In this document: positions 51,568 through 64,000 of the stretch, piece by piece
Layout of the letters: each line of letters starts with the position of its first letter
How positions within the stretch are numbered: position 1 is the first letter of the stretch
From: the human T2T-CHM13v2.0 reference genome, Homo sapiens
Length of the DNA stretch: 64,000 nt
Assembly (NCBI RefSeq): GCF_009914755.1
Contig: NC_060934.1
Strand: one strand, 5' to 3'
Notes under the pieces: model-generated
What the model was told of the DNA's origin: nothing
The model's database searches: none
The model's input: only the letters and a program-made list of their open reading frames with translations
Made by a program: the position numbers and the translations under genes

Positions 51568-52001
51568 GGTAAATCAAAAAAGCATCTGAGACAGGTCTCA
51601 ATTAATATTTAGAAGTTTATTTTGCCAAGGTTAAGGGCACGTGCCCAAGAGACAGGTCTGTGCCTTTTGCCAAAGATGATTTTGAGGGCTTCAATATTTA
51701 AAGGGGAAAAGCAGGCTGGAGGGGAAAGAGGAAGGGTATGGTAATCCACACACTGCAAGGGAAAAGGAGCAAGTAGCGGAATAGTTGATTATGTATTAGT
51801 CTCACGCTCAGTAAATCGGCACTTTATGTAAGCTGTGGTGAACATGGAGCAGCTACCTGTGGGGATATTTAACCTTTTATCTGTAGCTGTCTGATTAGGA
51901 ACAAAAGGAAAGGCAGCTTCTTGCATGACTCAGCTTTCAGCTGAACTTTTTTTCTTTTGGCAGAGTGAACTGGGGTCCCAAGTTTTTATGTCCCTTTCAC
52001 A
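51568..52001 (-). mobile_element. MER4-group ERV1 solo LTR
   Basis: Reverse complement begins TGTGAAAGG...AAAACTTGGGACCCC; 4-bp target-site duplication GGCT on both sides. Confidence 0.85.
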
Positions 52002-52322
52002 GGCTTGACCTTGGGGTCTTGACGAGGCAGGAGGGGAAGAGCATTCTGGCCCTCAGGTGGGAGGTCTGACTGGCAGCACAGGTGGACCCAATCTTCCCAG
52101 GTCGGCCTAGCCCAGACTTCTCACATGGAGTCTTCTCGATTTGTTCTGCAATCCCCGAGCATCCTCTGAGAGTGTTCAGAATCCCCAGGGCCCCGCTGGC
52201 TGTTCTGGGTCCACCCATGTGCAGCTAGGTGCAGCCAGTGTGGGCTGATAGAGAGCAGGCCACAGTTGCCCTCCCGGCCCTCCCGGTCCAGGCCCTGGGT
52301 TGAGATCTCATTTGCCTTCCAG

Positions 52323-52391
52323 GGCTCCAAGGGAGAACCAGGGAAAGGAGAGATGGTGGATTACAATGGAAACATCAATGAGGCTCTCCAG
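52323..52391 (+). CDS. COL13A1: Exon, 69 nt, [23 protein letters not shown] (COL2/NC3)
   Basis: gccttccag|GGCTCC...CTCCAG|gtgagc. Confidence 0.97.
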
Positions 52392-52843
52392 GTGAGCAGG
52401 GTCCAGCCCAGAGGCCAAGATCCTCATGGATCTCAGGCTCTGCACCATGCCCTGATCAGGGGGCCCTTCCACACAGCCGAGTAGGGGCCCTGCCCTCAGG
52501 CCCTCAGGCAGCGCTTCCAGGAGAGCTGCTTCCTCGCTTTCTCTCCTTTGACCTCCCGCTGTGTAGCCTCCTGGGAAATGGCCCCATTACTGGCATCCAG
52601 GTGGCCGGGGCTCTCTGTCTGGGCCCAGCTGGCCAGTTATCCTGCCTCAGGGCCCCTGAGTGCCATAGTGGAATTATCCTGGCACCCCACAAGTTACGGC
52701 CCATGCAGGGTGCTGGGGCCCCATTTCTTTAATGCATGTATAACCCCCTTTCATGCAGCAGCAAATCTTCCTGGAACGCATCTCCTTTCGTGTCAGTTTA
52801 ACCCTGTTTCAAGTTCATGAGCTCCCGCTCCCCACCCTTTAAA

Positions 52844-53063
52844 GCAGGGTTTCCCAGCCTTGGCACTGACTTTTGGGGCTAGAGAATCTTTGTGGTGGGG
52901 GGAGAGTCGGTCCTGTGTGTTGTAGGATGTGCAGCAGCGTCCCCAGTCTCTACCTGCTAGATGCCAGTAGCACCCGAGCCTCAGCTGTGACAACCAAACT
53001 ATGTCTCCAGACATGACCAGTTATCCCTTGGGGGAAGAAATTGCCCCTGCTCAAGAACCACTT
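52844..53063 (+). mobile_element. MER20 DNA transposon
   Basis: cagggtttcccagccttggcactgac...gtgacaaccaaactatgtctccagacat...aagaaccact. Confidence 0.85.
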
Positions 53064-53605
53064 CTTCAAAGGAGTCTGTGTCCGTATGTGACTCCATTTA
53101 CAAGGTGTAAAATCCTCTTTTAAAGCCAACAATCATCTCCCTGATCTATTTTTTGAGTGGTTCCATATTTTGCTATATTGTGTCTGTTTAAAGGGAGGTG
53201 CGTGGCAACTTTGAAATCTGGGTTCTGGGAGAAGAGGAAAGAACAAGGGAGGGTCCTCAGAAGGTGACTAGAAAGAATAAGAGGTGGTGCTTCCTTCCCT
53301 TCAGTAAAGTGAAGTAAAGGTTGCAGTCCATTTAGGGTGTGCCTGAGTCCATTGTAGGACGGCCTCAGAGTATAATCATGCTTAGGAGATGCTACGTATT
53401 CTCTCTCCAGTGATTACAAACCTCAGCGAGAGGTGGGGTGGGGGTGGTGTGAGTCTGGGGGCCATGGAGCCCACCTGCAAGCGTCTCCCTCCACCCACGC
53501 TCCTTTGAGGGGCCTAGCTCCCATGTTTCCATGACTGTGCAGTGAGAACCTTCCACTTGGCTCTTGGTTTGCTCTTCAACTGATTGCCTGGTGTTGGTTT
53601 TTTAG

Positions 53606-53629
53606 GAGATCCGGACGCTGGCCTTGATG
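53606..53629 (+). CDS. COL13A1: Exon, 24 nt, EIRTLALM (NC3)
   Basis: ttttttag|GAGATC...TTGATG|gtaagt. Confidence 0.96.
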
Positions 53630-54396
53630 GTAAGTTTTGCTCCTCCTGGCTTTCCTTGGGCACTGGACGGGGGGGCTGGGGATGGCAGCCTGGAAGCAAG
53701 GATTTGATTTCTCCCCTCCAGAAAGCAGGTACTGGGCTGCAGATTAGGGTTGACCCAACAGGGCTGGGGCAGATGATGATCTGAGCTGGAGGTGATGAGT
53801 CAGGACTGGTAGGTGGGCCTCGAGAGCTGCCCGTGCCCTGGGTCATGGGTGTCCTCTGTGTAAAGGCTCTTCACCAATACAGCTGTGCTCTCTGGTGACA
53901 ATACAAATGCTGGATTCTATTTACAGCTGCGTGAAGGAAATAGCAGTACTGAGGAGGATGTTTTTAATGTTTCCCTTTTTTCCCAACTTTTAGCTAATTA
54001 AATCCTGAAAAACTAGTAGCAACCTACCACGTATCCCCCTTTCCTGGAAATCAGTTTCATTATCTGCACTTGGAAAACCAGGGAATTTCAAGTCTGGGTT
54101 TTGTACAGGTGCCTACCGGTGACAGGCTTTTGGTAAATATTTGTAGTTAAAATGACTACCACCAAGTTTAACTTCTAAGGTAGAGGATGGGAGGAGAGAT
54201 CATGAAGTTCTCTGACTACTGAAATTTCAATTCACCTAATATTTTTTCATGGCTGTGAGCCACAGAACACACTTAGGGATGGCACAAACTCACAATCAAA
54301 CACCACTTCTGTGACGTCCCAATCCCAGAAATTGCTATCAACGACATGGTTCTGGAATCAATGAGCTTCATTTGGAGACATTAAAATATATTATTT

Positions 54397-54682
<286 letters not shown>

Positions 54683-54720
54683 GTGAAATAGCTATTGGAA
54701 ATAAAACCTTCCCAGAAACA

Positions 54721-55145
54721 TTTTTTTTCCTTTAAAATCAACCTTGAGGTGTAACTTACACATAAGAAAAGGTACTCATTTTAGGTGTAGAGTTTGATGA
54801 GTTTTGATAAGTGTATATACCCAAGTATCAACCACCCAATCACTCTAGAAAGTTTCTTCATGCACCTTGGGAGACACTCCCAGCCCCAGGCCACCACTGC
54901 TCTGCGTCACTTCTGTCACTGTAGATTAGATGTGTCTTTTGTCTCTTCTAGAGCTTCATGTAAATGGAATTAAACAGTATCTGTGCCTGGATGCTTCTGC
55001 TCAGCAGAATGTGTTTGAGATGCACCCTTGTCATCAGCACTTGGTTCTTTTTCCCTGCTGAGTAGTATTTCATTGTATGGATGTACCATGCATTCCCCTG
55101 TTGATGGGCATTTGGGTTGTTTTCTGGAGATATTTTTAAGTCATT
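54721..55145 (-). mobile_element. Old L1M 3' end fragment
   Basis: ctagagcttcatgtaaatggaat...tgatgggcatttgggttgtttc. Confidence 0.75.
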
Positions 55146-55455
55146 ATTGGGGAAGGTCAGACTTAGCTTCTTGGAGCCCAAAGGGCGACCAGAGATGCCC
55201 TAGAGAGAAGGAGAGGGTATTGGACATGGCTCTCCGAACCCCACCTCCACTTCAACCCAGTCACACTTGGTGCTTATATGTTTTGCATTTTGGGTTCCCC
55301 ATGTTATTTTCTTTGCAAAAAATGCATCTCTATCACTGGAGAAAGGTCTGTAAACAACTTATCTGTACAAGCCAGCCTCCACATATAGCCCTCAGGGCAC
55401 AGGCTACCCTCCTCCATGGGACAGTTCTTCCATGTGTCTTTCCTTTCTCTCCTAG

Positions 55456-55518
55456 GGGCCTCCTGGTCTTCCTGGGCAAATTGGCCCACCTGGAGCTCCA
55501 GGGATTCCAGGCCAGAAG
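55456..55518 (+). CDS. COL13A1: Exon, 63 nt, [21 protein letters not shown] (start of COL3)
   Basis: ctcctag|GGGCCT...CAGAAG|gtaaat. Confidence 0.97.
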
Positions 55519-56561
55519 GTAAATCTTATCTTGACAAAGGGGGTGAAGACTTTGCAAGGGCATCGACCCCAGGGCTTCCCCTCCCCCTGTGACCCTCTCA
55601 TCTTCCCAGCACTACCACCATACCCTCCTGCTGCTCCAAGGCACCAGGGGACCCGCCCACCCACCTCCCAGCTGCTGTGGCTCTTCTAGCCAACCCTTGC
55701 CATCTGCTTGGGCTCCTGTAATTCACAGAGCCTTCTGATGCTGTGGGGCCTGGGTCTAGACACACCCCTGCCCTTGCCCCAACCAGACCCACAGCGGGAG
55801 TGAGGACCCCATCAGGGACCTCGGCATCTGAGCCCCTCCCCAATCCTCCCACCTCACTCCCTGCCCTTGCTTTCCTTTTACACTCCACACACCTGTGTTT
55901 TTCTCAGAAGATCTGCCCCTCTGTCTCCCACTCATGAGGTCCTCTCCCCTGCAAGTCTTTTTCCATCTTACCTTTCTTTCAAAGCCCTTCTCATCTTTCA
56001 AGCCCAATTCAATAGACCACCTCCTCCTTGAAGCCTCCCCGATCTATCAGGCAGAATTCCCTGCCCTTTCCTCTGCTTCTCTGGGTAGGACCTACATCAT
56101 TTTGCCACCTCCCTTAACTCCCCACCTGACCCAAAGAAGGGGCTTGGTTTGTGTGAAGATGAAAGGAGCACCCTGTGGAGAGCCAGGGCAGGGGTTCTGC
56201 ATTCAGGGGAGACAGGAAGGCAAGAACCCTTCTGCAAGGGAGCCAAGGGCGCCTAGGGCTCCCAGAGGCAGCAGTGGGAGGTTGTGGCTAAAACATGGAC
56301 ATGGAGCCAGAGCGCCCAGACTGGGATCCTGGCTCCTCAGTTCACTAACTGTGGGCCTCAGGCACACAACTCTGTGCTTTGGAGTCCTGTCTGTAGAAGA
56401 GAGGCAAGGCAAATTCATACCTCCCAGCAACACAGTTAGAATTAAATGAGCAAACTCTATGGGAAAGTGTGGAGTGGGATGCCGGGTGCACTAAGCAATG
56501 CGTAACTGATGGCTGCTATGTTCTCTGCCCTGAGAGTCACCTTTAGTTGTTCCGGTTACAG

Positions 56562-56606
56562 GGGGAGATTGGACTGCCAGGCCCTCCAGGACACGATGGG
56601 GAAAAG
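56562..56606 (+). CDS. COL13A1: Exon, 45 nt, GEIGLPGPPGHDGEK
   Basis: ggttacag|GGGGAG...GAAAAG|gtatga. Confidence 0.96.
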
Positions 56607-56731
56607 GTATGAACAGACGTCCTCTGGTCAAACCTCTGAAGACAGTCTTGGCCCTGGGGGCAGGAGGTCGGGCAGGAAGGCTCTAGAATTGGCCCTGGTG
56701 TGAGCCCAGTGGGCAAGGGAAGGGGAGATAG

Positions 56732-57157
<426 letters not shown>

Positions 57158-58277
57158 TGAGCTGCTGCCTGGGCTAGAAACCTGGGGCCAGGGCTTAGGG
57201 GTGGAGGATTCACTCAGCTTCCCCTCAAGTCACTCAGTTTATGAAGGCCAGTTTCCCGACTCAGGAGACCTGAGTTGTGCTCTGTCATCTGTATCCTTGG
57301 GAAAGCCACTCACTGTTGCAGAGTCTCCGTCTCCTCATCTCTAAAATGGCGATAATAATGTTTTCCCTGGATACCTCACTGGATTGTTGGGAAAGAGATG
57401 AAGACATGGTTTAGAGCTGCCTCTTTGGAAAGTGTACAGAAGCCCTATACCCGGGAGAGGCTGCATGTACAGAAACGGGGCCTTCGCCCAGTCCACTAGG
57501 CTGCTAACTTGACTTAGGGGCCTTCTCTGGGTCTCAGGGGTTTCCATCTGTGAAATGGGTGCCATCCTAGACACCTACCCTTGGAGCAAGGGAGCCACAT
57601 CCTGTGCAGGCCACAGTTGGTCACACTCAGCAAGACCACCTTGAGCTCCACTAACAGAAATCATTGTCAGTCTGTAGGGTCTAGATGGCCCAACTGGGGA
57701 GAGGAGAACATGGTGGCCAGAGCAGACCCAGAGTGGCAGGATTGCCTAATCCAGCTGGGCTCCTGAGGTTTACAGTGAAGCCAGAGGGCTGGGTGTCAAG
57801 GTTGCCTGCAGGCAGCCACAGATGAGGGTCCTCCTGGGGGCCACCAGCCTAGTGGGTGCCTGACACTGTGACGAGGCTGCCCTAATCCCAAGCCTGCCGA
57901 CCCAGCCTGGGAGCAGGCAGGGAGGGTCCTCTTAACAAGCAGCTACTTCATTTGAGTGTAAACAGGAGTTGCATCTTCCTTGGCTCACGGTATGATGGCC
58001 TCTAGGAGCACCAACCTAGTTCGACGGTGCTAGAATCTTGGTCTCAGAATTCTCCTCTAGGAAGTGGAAAGAGCCTCAGAGGTCAACCAGTCCCAAGTCT
58101 GACCCAGTGCAGGACTCCTCACTCAACCGGCACAGGCAGGCAGCTCACTGCCTCCAGACCTGTCCACTGCACCATGGGGCAGCCCCAGGATGGAGGGAGC
58201 ATTCCTGGATATGGTGTGGAAGCTCCCTTGTCAGCCTCCCCGAGTTGACCCCTCAGAGCCTCTGGCCTCTGGAGCCA

Positions 58278-58860
58278 TATTTATTATCTATTGCTGCATA
58301 ACTAATCACTGCAAACGTAGCGGCCTAAGACAATACACACTTATTGGCACATAGTTTCTGTGGGTCAGGAATTCAGGCACATCCTAGTTGGGTCCTCTGC
58401 CCATGGTCTCATGAGGCTGCAATTAATGTCTCAGCCAAGTGTATTCTCATCTGGAGCTAGGGATCCCCTTCCAAGCTACTGGTATTGGCAGAATCCAGTT
58501 CCTTGCTGGAACAGAACTCAGCTCCTAGAGGCCACCTACAGTTCCTGCCACCTGCGCCCCTGCCCTCCCCACCCCCCGCAGAGTAGACAGTTCACATTAT
58601 AGCAACTGGCATCTTCAAGGACAAGGCCAGCAGTAGGGTCTCTCTAGTGTCTAGTGCTAGCAAGACAGAGCTGTGTGCACGTGTGTTTGTGTGTTCATGT
58701 AACATATTTGTAACATAATCTTAATATATGTTATATGTCACCATCTGTATGACATGTATGTTATAATCTGCAACATAATCATAGAAGTGAGGTCCCACCA
58801 CCTTTGCCATGTGCCTTACTCCACGGCTAAGAAACAAGTCACAGGTCACCCTAAGGCCTG
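58278..58860 (-). mobile_element. MLT1E/F-type LTR
   Basis: ctattgctgcataac...gtttctgtgggtcaggaattcaggca...ttggcagaatccagttccttg...aagtcacaggtc. Confidence 0.7.
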
Positions 58861-59077
58861 TACGCTGCAGAGTCCACAGAGAGTATCAGCCTCTCCTCCC
58901 CTGTACTAGAGCCTCAGATTCTGTCCTGCAGGCTGACACCTCCACATCCTCCATGGTGTTCCTTGTTGACCCCTAGACCAGTCACGTCCCAGTCTAGTTT
59001 GTCACAGATGTGAGGGTGCGTCTGTCCCAGGCTTTCACAAGGGCTGGCATTCATGCAGTGGTGTTTTGTGCCCACAG

Positions 59078-59122
59078 GGAGAGAAAGGAGAAGCCGGGGA
59101 GAAGGGCAATCCAGGAGCAGAG
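59078..59122 (+). CDS. COL13A1: Exon, 45 nt, GEKGEAGEKGNPGAE
   Basis: cccacag|GGAGAG...GCAGAG|gtacat. Confidence 0.95.
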
Positions 59123-59372
59123 GTACATGAGAGATAATTTGACAGAGACTCATCAAGCGACAGTCTCTGCAGCATGCACAGTATTTCTGTGCTTTAGAAT
59201 GAAGCTTGCAACTGCCTGATGTTTACGTTTACTGAGCACCACCATAGGTCAGGCACTGATCCTCTGGACTGCTCCAGTCTTCCCAAACCACATCTCTCAG
59301 CAACCTTCACAGAGCACGTCCCATGCTTCCATCCTGGTGCTAGAGTCTGGAGATACGAAAATAAACAGAACT

Positions 59373-59703
<331 letters not shown>

Positions 59704-61383
59704 TCACAATACCCCATAATGGGCACTAGCATGGGAGCAACTCAGGGAATCGGGCAAGCATCCCAAAAGACTTTCTATTTGGGCAGAGTCTTGACGGCTT
59801 TGTAGGAGTTTGCCACAAAGTTTCAGAGGTAGGCTTTCCAGATAGAGGCATTATTCTTTTGAGAAGTGTGGTGAAAGGAAGAGAAAACAGAATGGCTGAG
59901 TGAGAATAGTCAGGATGGAGGCAAGGTTTTCAAAAGACAGCAGAGAATCAGGCATATTTGCGGGCTCAGGGGCAAGAACCCGGAAAGCAACGGAGATCAA
60001 GGATGCGTGAGAGACAGGATGTTTGGTGGCGGGGTCTGGGCAACCCAAATAGCACCTCAGACCCATGGGAGAGACCACCAAGCCTTCTCAGTCCCCATCA
60101 GGGTGGGTTCACCTTGCCAAGCCCCGTCTGAATGTAGTGAAACAGGCCTGATTGTACAATGTGTATGGTACTTGTTTCGAAATGGATAGCCTCCTAAAGA
60201 AATGATCCTAATTCAGGAAAAGCATTATACGCACATTGTCCCTCCAAGAAGTATTTAAAATAAACATTAGAAACACTCTAAATTTTATCAAGAAGGAAAG
60301 GATTAAATAACTTATAGTAATAATACTAATAGTAATAATAGTCACCACGTCTGAGCACTTCCCTCGTGCCAAGCACCGCACTAAGCCCTGGGTATGTAAC
60401 AACTCATTTTCACTCCACCCAGTGAATAGCACAGCACCGTTACCAGGAAGCTGGTGGAGAACATATAAAAAATGGAAACATCAGTTTCACAGTAAGTGAA
60501 AAAGAGTTGAAAACGAAATTTTATACATATATGAAATCATAAGCATATACATATATGTATATACAATTCTACACATATTATATGTAAATATCAAAAGTAT
60601 ATACATATATTCAAGCACATCTGATACATCAAGAAAATGTTTAAATTTTCTTTTTAAAGAAAATTTTAAAAATTCTTTTTATTCTTTTTATTATTTTTAA
60701 AATTACCACCCAGGTAAAATTGACTTCTTCTGGAATGTGTCCAGTTCTGTGAATGTTAATGCATGTAGAGATTTGTATAACCAATACCATGATTAGGATA
60801 CATAAACCACTTACTTATAATAAGAATTAAAATGGTAAACTTTTGTTAAAAATGGGAAGCTTTTTTTAAGAAGGCAGAGTTTCCAAAGACTGTGTTCCCT
60901 CCAAGGAGACTGTGATGGAGCGACAAAGTCCACAGGTCCAGGAAACAATAGGGACCTCCTGTCTGCCCAGTGTAGGGGTGCCCTCTGTCGTGGCCTGGCA
61001 CAGGAGTCACTCCCCTGGCCATGCTCCAGGGAATTCTACCCCTGGGAAGACGAGGCACCTGAGGAGAGCCCTGAAGCCGAGGCGGGGTGAGCAGCTCAGA
61101 AGGACCCAGCAGTGGCTGCCTGTGGATGAAAGGATGTGTGTGTTCATCAGAGACAGAAGCTGCAATGGGCACCACCCTCTGTAGAGGAGGCAGCCCTGAG
61201 CTCCTCCATCTTCACTGTCCAGTCAGAATCTCCTCTAGCACAATCTGCATCTGCTCTCAAGGGAAACAGAGACCAGCAGTCCCCATCCTGTCTGTAACAA
61301 ACCTTGGGGACTTGAGGAGCAATCTCCAGGAACAGCTCAGTCTCCCCACATTCCAGATAACCAATCTCTGCTTCTCTAAGCCA

Positions 61384-61690
61384 AGGGTCTCAAACTCAAA
61401 TGTCTACAAGGGTCAGGCCTGCAAAAAGTGACTGCAAGAGCGCTGGATCAAAGACAATAAGGAGTGGTGAGGACTGGGGTAAACTGAAGGTGTCATGCCC
61501 CACCTAGAGGGGAAAGCTCTAATTCCACTCCAGGCTGTTGTTGCCATGCATGAACAAGAACCTAGTGCTGCTAGATCTTCTGGTGTTTTTTTTGTTTTTT
61601 TTTTTCCAAGAAAAATCTGGAAGAATAGATCTTTAGGGACAGTTCCTGGAAATTTGCTTTTTCAACATTGAGCAGTCCACCGGGTTGCTA
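61384..61690 (+). mobile_element. MER102-like DNA transposon (a second partial copy at ~19200-19422)
   Basis: caaactcaaatgtctacaagggtcaggc...aagacaataaggagtggtgaggactg...ttgttgccatgc. Confidence 0.7.
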
Positions 61691-61865
61691 TGAGTTTTTG
61701 ACCTGTTCTGAGCCTTTTTTGGGGGATACTGTGCTGGGCAGTCACTGGCTGACCTCCAGTGGGCAGCCATGTCCTCCTCTGGCCTTGCAGTCTCCAGCTG
61801 GGCTCTAGGCCCTATCAGGAGGGAGGGCCACTTCAAATGTAACAGGGCTCCCCTTTGGCTTTTAG

Positions 61866-61907
61866 GTTCCTGGGCTGCCAGGGCCAGAGGGGCCTCCCGG
61901 ACCTCCG
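61866..61907 (+). CDS. COL13A1: Exon, 42 nt, VPGLPGPEGPPGPP
   Basis: cttttag|GTTCCT...CCTCCG|gtaagt. Confidence 0.96.
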
Positions 61908-62238
61908 GTAAGTTTGGAGGGCTTGTCAGTGGCCAGTCCACTAATGTCCCCTCTCCACAGCAGTCACTGGGCTCAACCTCAGCCTTAGTCACTATCACCT
62001 CTTCCTCCCAGGGAGGGATTTTCTGGTCTACAAACCCCTCCCCGCTCCTTTTCCCTCCCATGTTAAACAGCACCATACTGGGGACACCAAGGAGCCCAGG
62101 CATTGCCTGGTTTCCTGGAAATAGCTGACTGGTAGGGCAGCCCCAGGGTCCCTTGTCTCTAAGCTCTGCCCAACATTTACCTCACCCTTTGCCATCAAAC
62201 ATCTGCTTCTCCCATTCCTCATTTGAAAGTGACTCACC

Positions 62239-62545
<307 letters not shown>

Positions 62546-62700
62546 GAAAGAGAGGGAGGAGGGAGGGAGGGAGGGAGTGAGGGAAGGGAGGGAGGGAGGG
62601 AGGGAAGGAGGGAAGGGAGGAAGGAAGGAAGGAAGGAAGGAAGGAAGGAAGGAAGGAAGGAAGGAAGGAAGGAAGGAAGGAAGGAAAGGAAGGAAGGAAG
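62546..62700. repeat. Polypurine (GGGA)n/(GGAA)n microsatellite
   Basis: 17 consecutive GGAA at 62619-62686, then 3 more. Confidence 0.97.
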
Positions 62701-63257
62701 GGCGAGCCCCAGCCCCACTGGATTGGCTTTCCTTGGCTACAGAAATGTAACCATGGGGCCCCTGTGCATCACCCCTAGAGGGCCCCCAAGCACCCTGAAG
62801 CAACAGATGCTGGCCCATGCCTCTGTGTGGTTCATGGTCCCCAAGGCACTGTGTGTCCTCTGTTGTGGATGGTAGAAGTAGCAGTAGGAATAATGATAGG
62901 AGCCAGCGTTTATTGAAACTTATTGGATGCTAGACACTGTTCCAAGCACTTTGCCTGTATTAATTTAATGTTTGCTGTGTTACCTCCGTGTCTTTCTTTC
63001 ATGAGACTCTGGGTCAACCATGAGGACCACAGAGAGATTTTCTGTGAGCCCTGGCTGGAAAAGACTGGCTCAGACTATTCCCTAGGAAGCCCCAAGCATG
63101 ACCCCCACTTAGCATTTCTTTCTACCTCTCATGGGCAGGGACCCCAAACCATACTCTGCACCCAAAACCCTTGTTCTTCTGTGATCCATTTGTGGACTAG
63201 GCAGTTGTGTTAACTAGAGATGCAGTTCTAATGCACCTTGCTTTATTCCAAATGCAG

Positions 63258-63284
63258 GGGCTCCAAGGTGTTCCTGGACCAAAG
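63258..63284 (+). CDS. COL13A1: Exon, 27 nt, GLQGVPGPK
   Basis: aatgcag|GGGCTC...CCAAAG|gtaagg. Confidence 0.96.
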
Positions 63285-64000
63285 GTAAGGAGAAGTCACA
63301 TGACAGGCGCTGTGTCAGTGCTAGTAGAAAAGAGGGAAAGTGCACCTGAGACCAGCTGACCCTTTTTCCTAGAAGGCATTAGGTGACACTCCAGCCAAGG
63401 GGGTCCAGTCAGGGCAGGAGGAAGTCCTAGATTCCCTTTAGCATCCATCATTGACACCTGGTGTGCTTTGGCTTCAGAAGCTTCCCATCTGTCACCCCAC
63501 AAAGGGACAGGTTAGATTCTTAGCCAATGGTTAAAATCCTTTTCCCATCAAACCTGCCCTGGCCCCTTCACTCATGCCGAGTAGAGGTGGGAGAGAGACA
63601 GCAACATAGGGTGGGACCCCTCCCTGGGTCAAGCTTGGGGGGACTCTGCACTGGGCTCTCCCGGCCTCCCCTGAACCATTTCAAATGGATGAGGGGGCTG
63701 GGGGCTGTTGATGTGACAATGGCCCTTTCCTCATGCCCTGGTATTCAAGAGACTTCGGGGCAGTTTGTTCTCCCGACTAGGCTGTGAGCCTCAGGGCTCT
63801 GGAGGTAGCATCTCAGGCATCTGAGCAAATCTCTGTAAGGTTCCCATTCTCCTGCCATGCAGTTGGGCACCTGTGCCAAGGCCTGACCTGTGGGTTTGTC
63901 CCCAGGCCACCTAGTCCTTTTCTCTGTGGGGCTCTCAAAGCTCCCACAGGATACAGGGGCTACTAACTGAGGCGAGAGTAGGCTAAGAATTCAGGGATTC

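Noticed and set aside
56238-56282. Gly/Pro-rich stretch resembling a collagen exon
   Set aside because: The Gly-X-Y frame hits TAG after a few codons; no acceptor context

Overview
Human (Alu-bearing primate) genomic DNA lying entirely inside COL13A1, the transmembrane collagen XIII alpha-1 gene, on the + strand. The promoter, the cytosolic/transmembrane/furin-site exons and the 3' end are outside the window. I can place 30 small GT-AG exons (24-153 nt, 1455 nt in total, all phase 0) encoding COL1, NC2, COL2, NC3 and part of COL3. The rest is intron containing Alu, MIR, L1/L2, MaLR/ERV1 LTRs, MER DNA transposons and simple repeats. The ORF track is almost all intronic noise. The most interesting signal is a dense set of long-range complementary segments bracketing the 57-nt NC2 exon (23994-24050): nested collinear helices, a competing 14-bp helix and a crossing A:C-mismatched duplex. 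Together they look like an RNA-structure splicing switch. Other observations are a paralogous 63-nt Gly-X-Y exon, a 27-nt exon with an RBFOX/UGC motif and an upstream stop-introducing acceptor, a ~190-bp intronic duplication, a perfect 17-bp hairpin and an N-box/ETS/STAT motif cluster. Repeat subfamily calls and the COL13A1 protein comparison are from memory, not from a database search.
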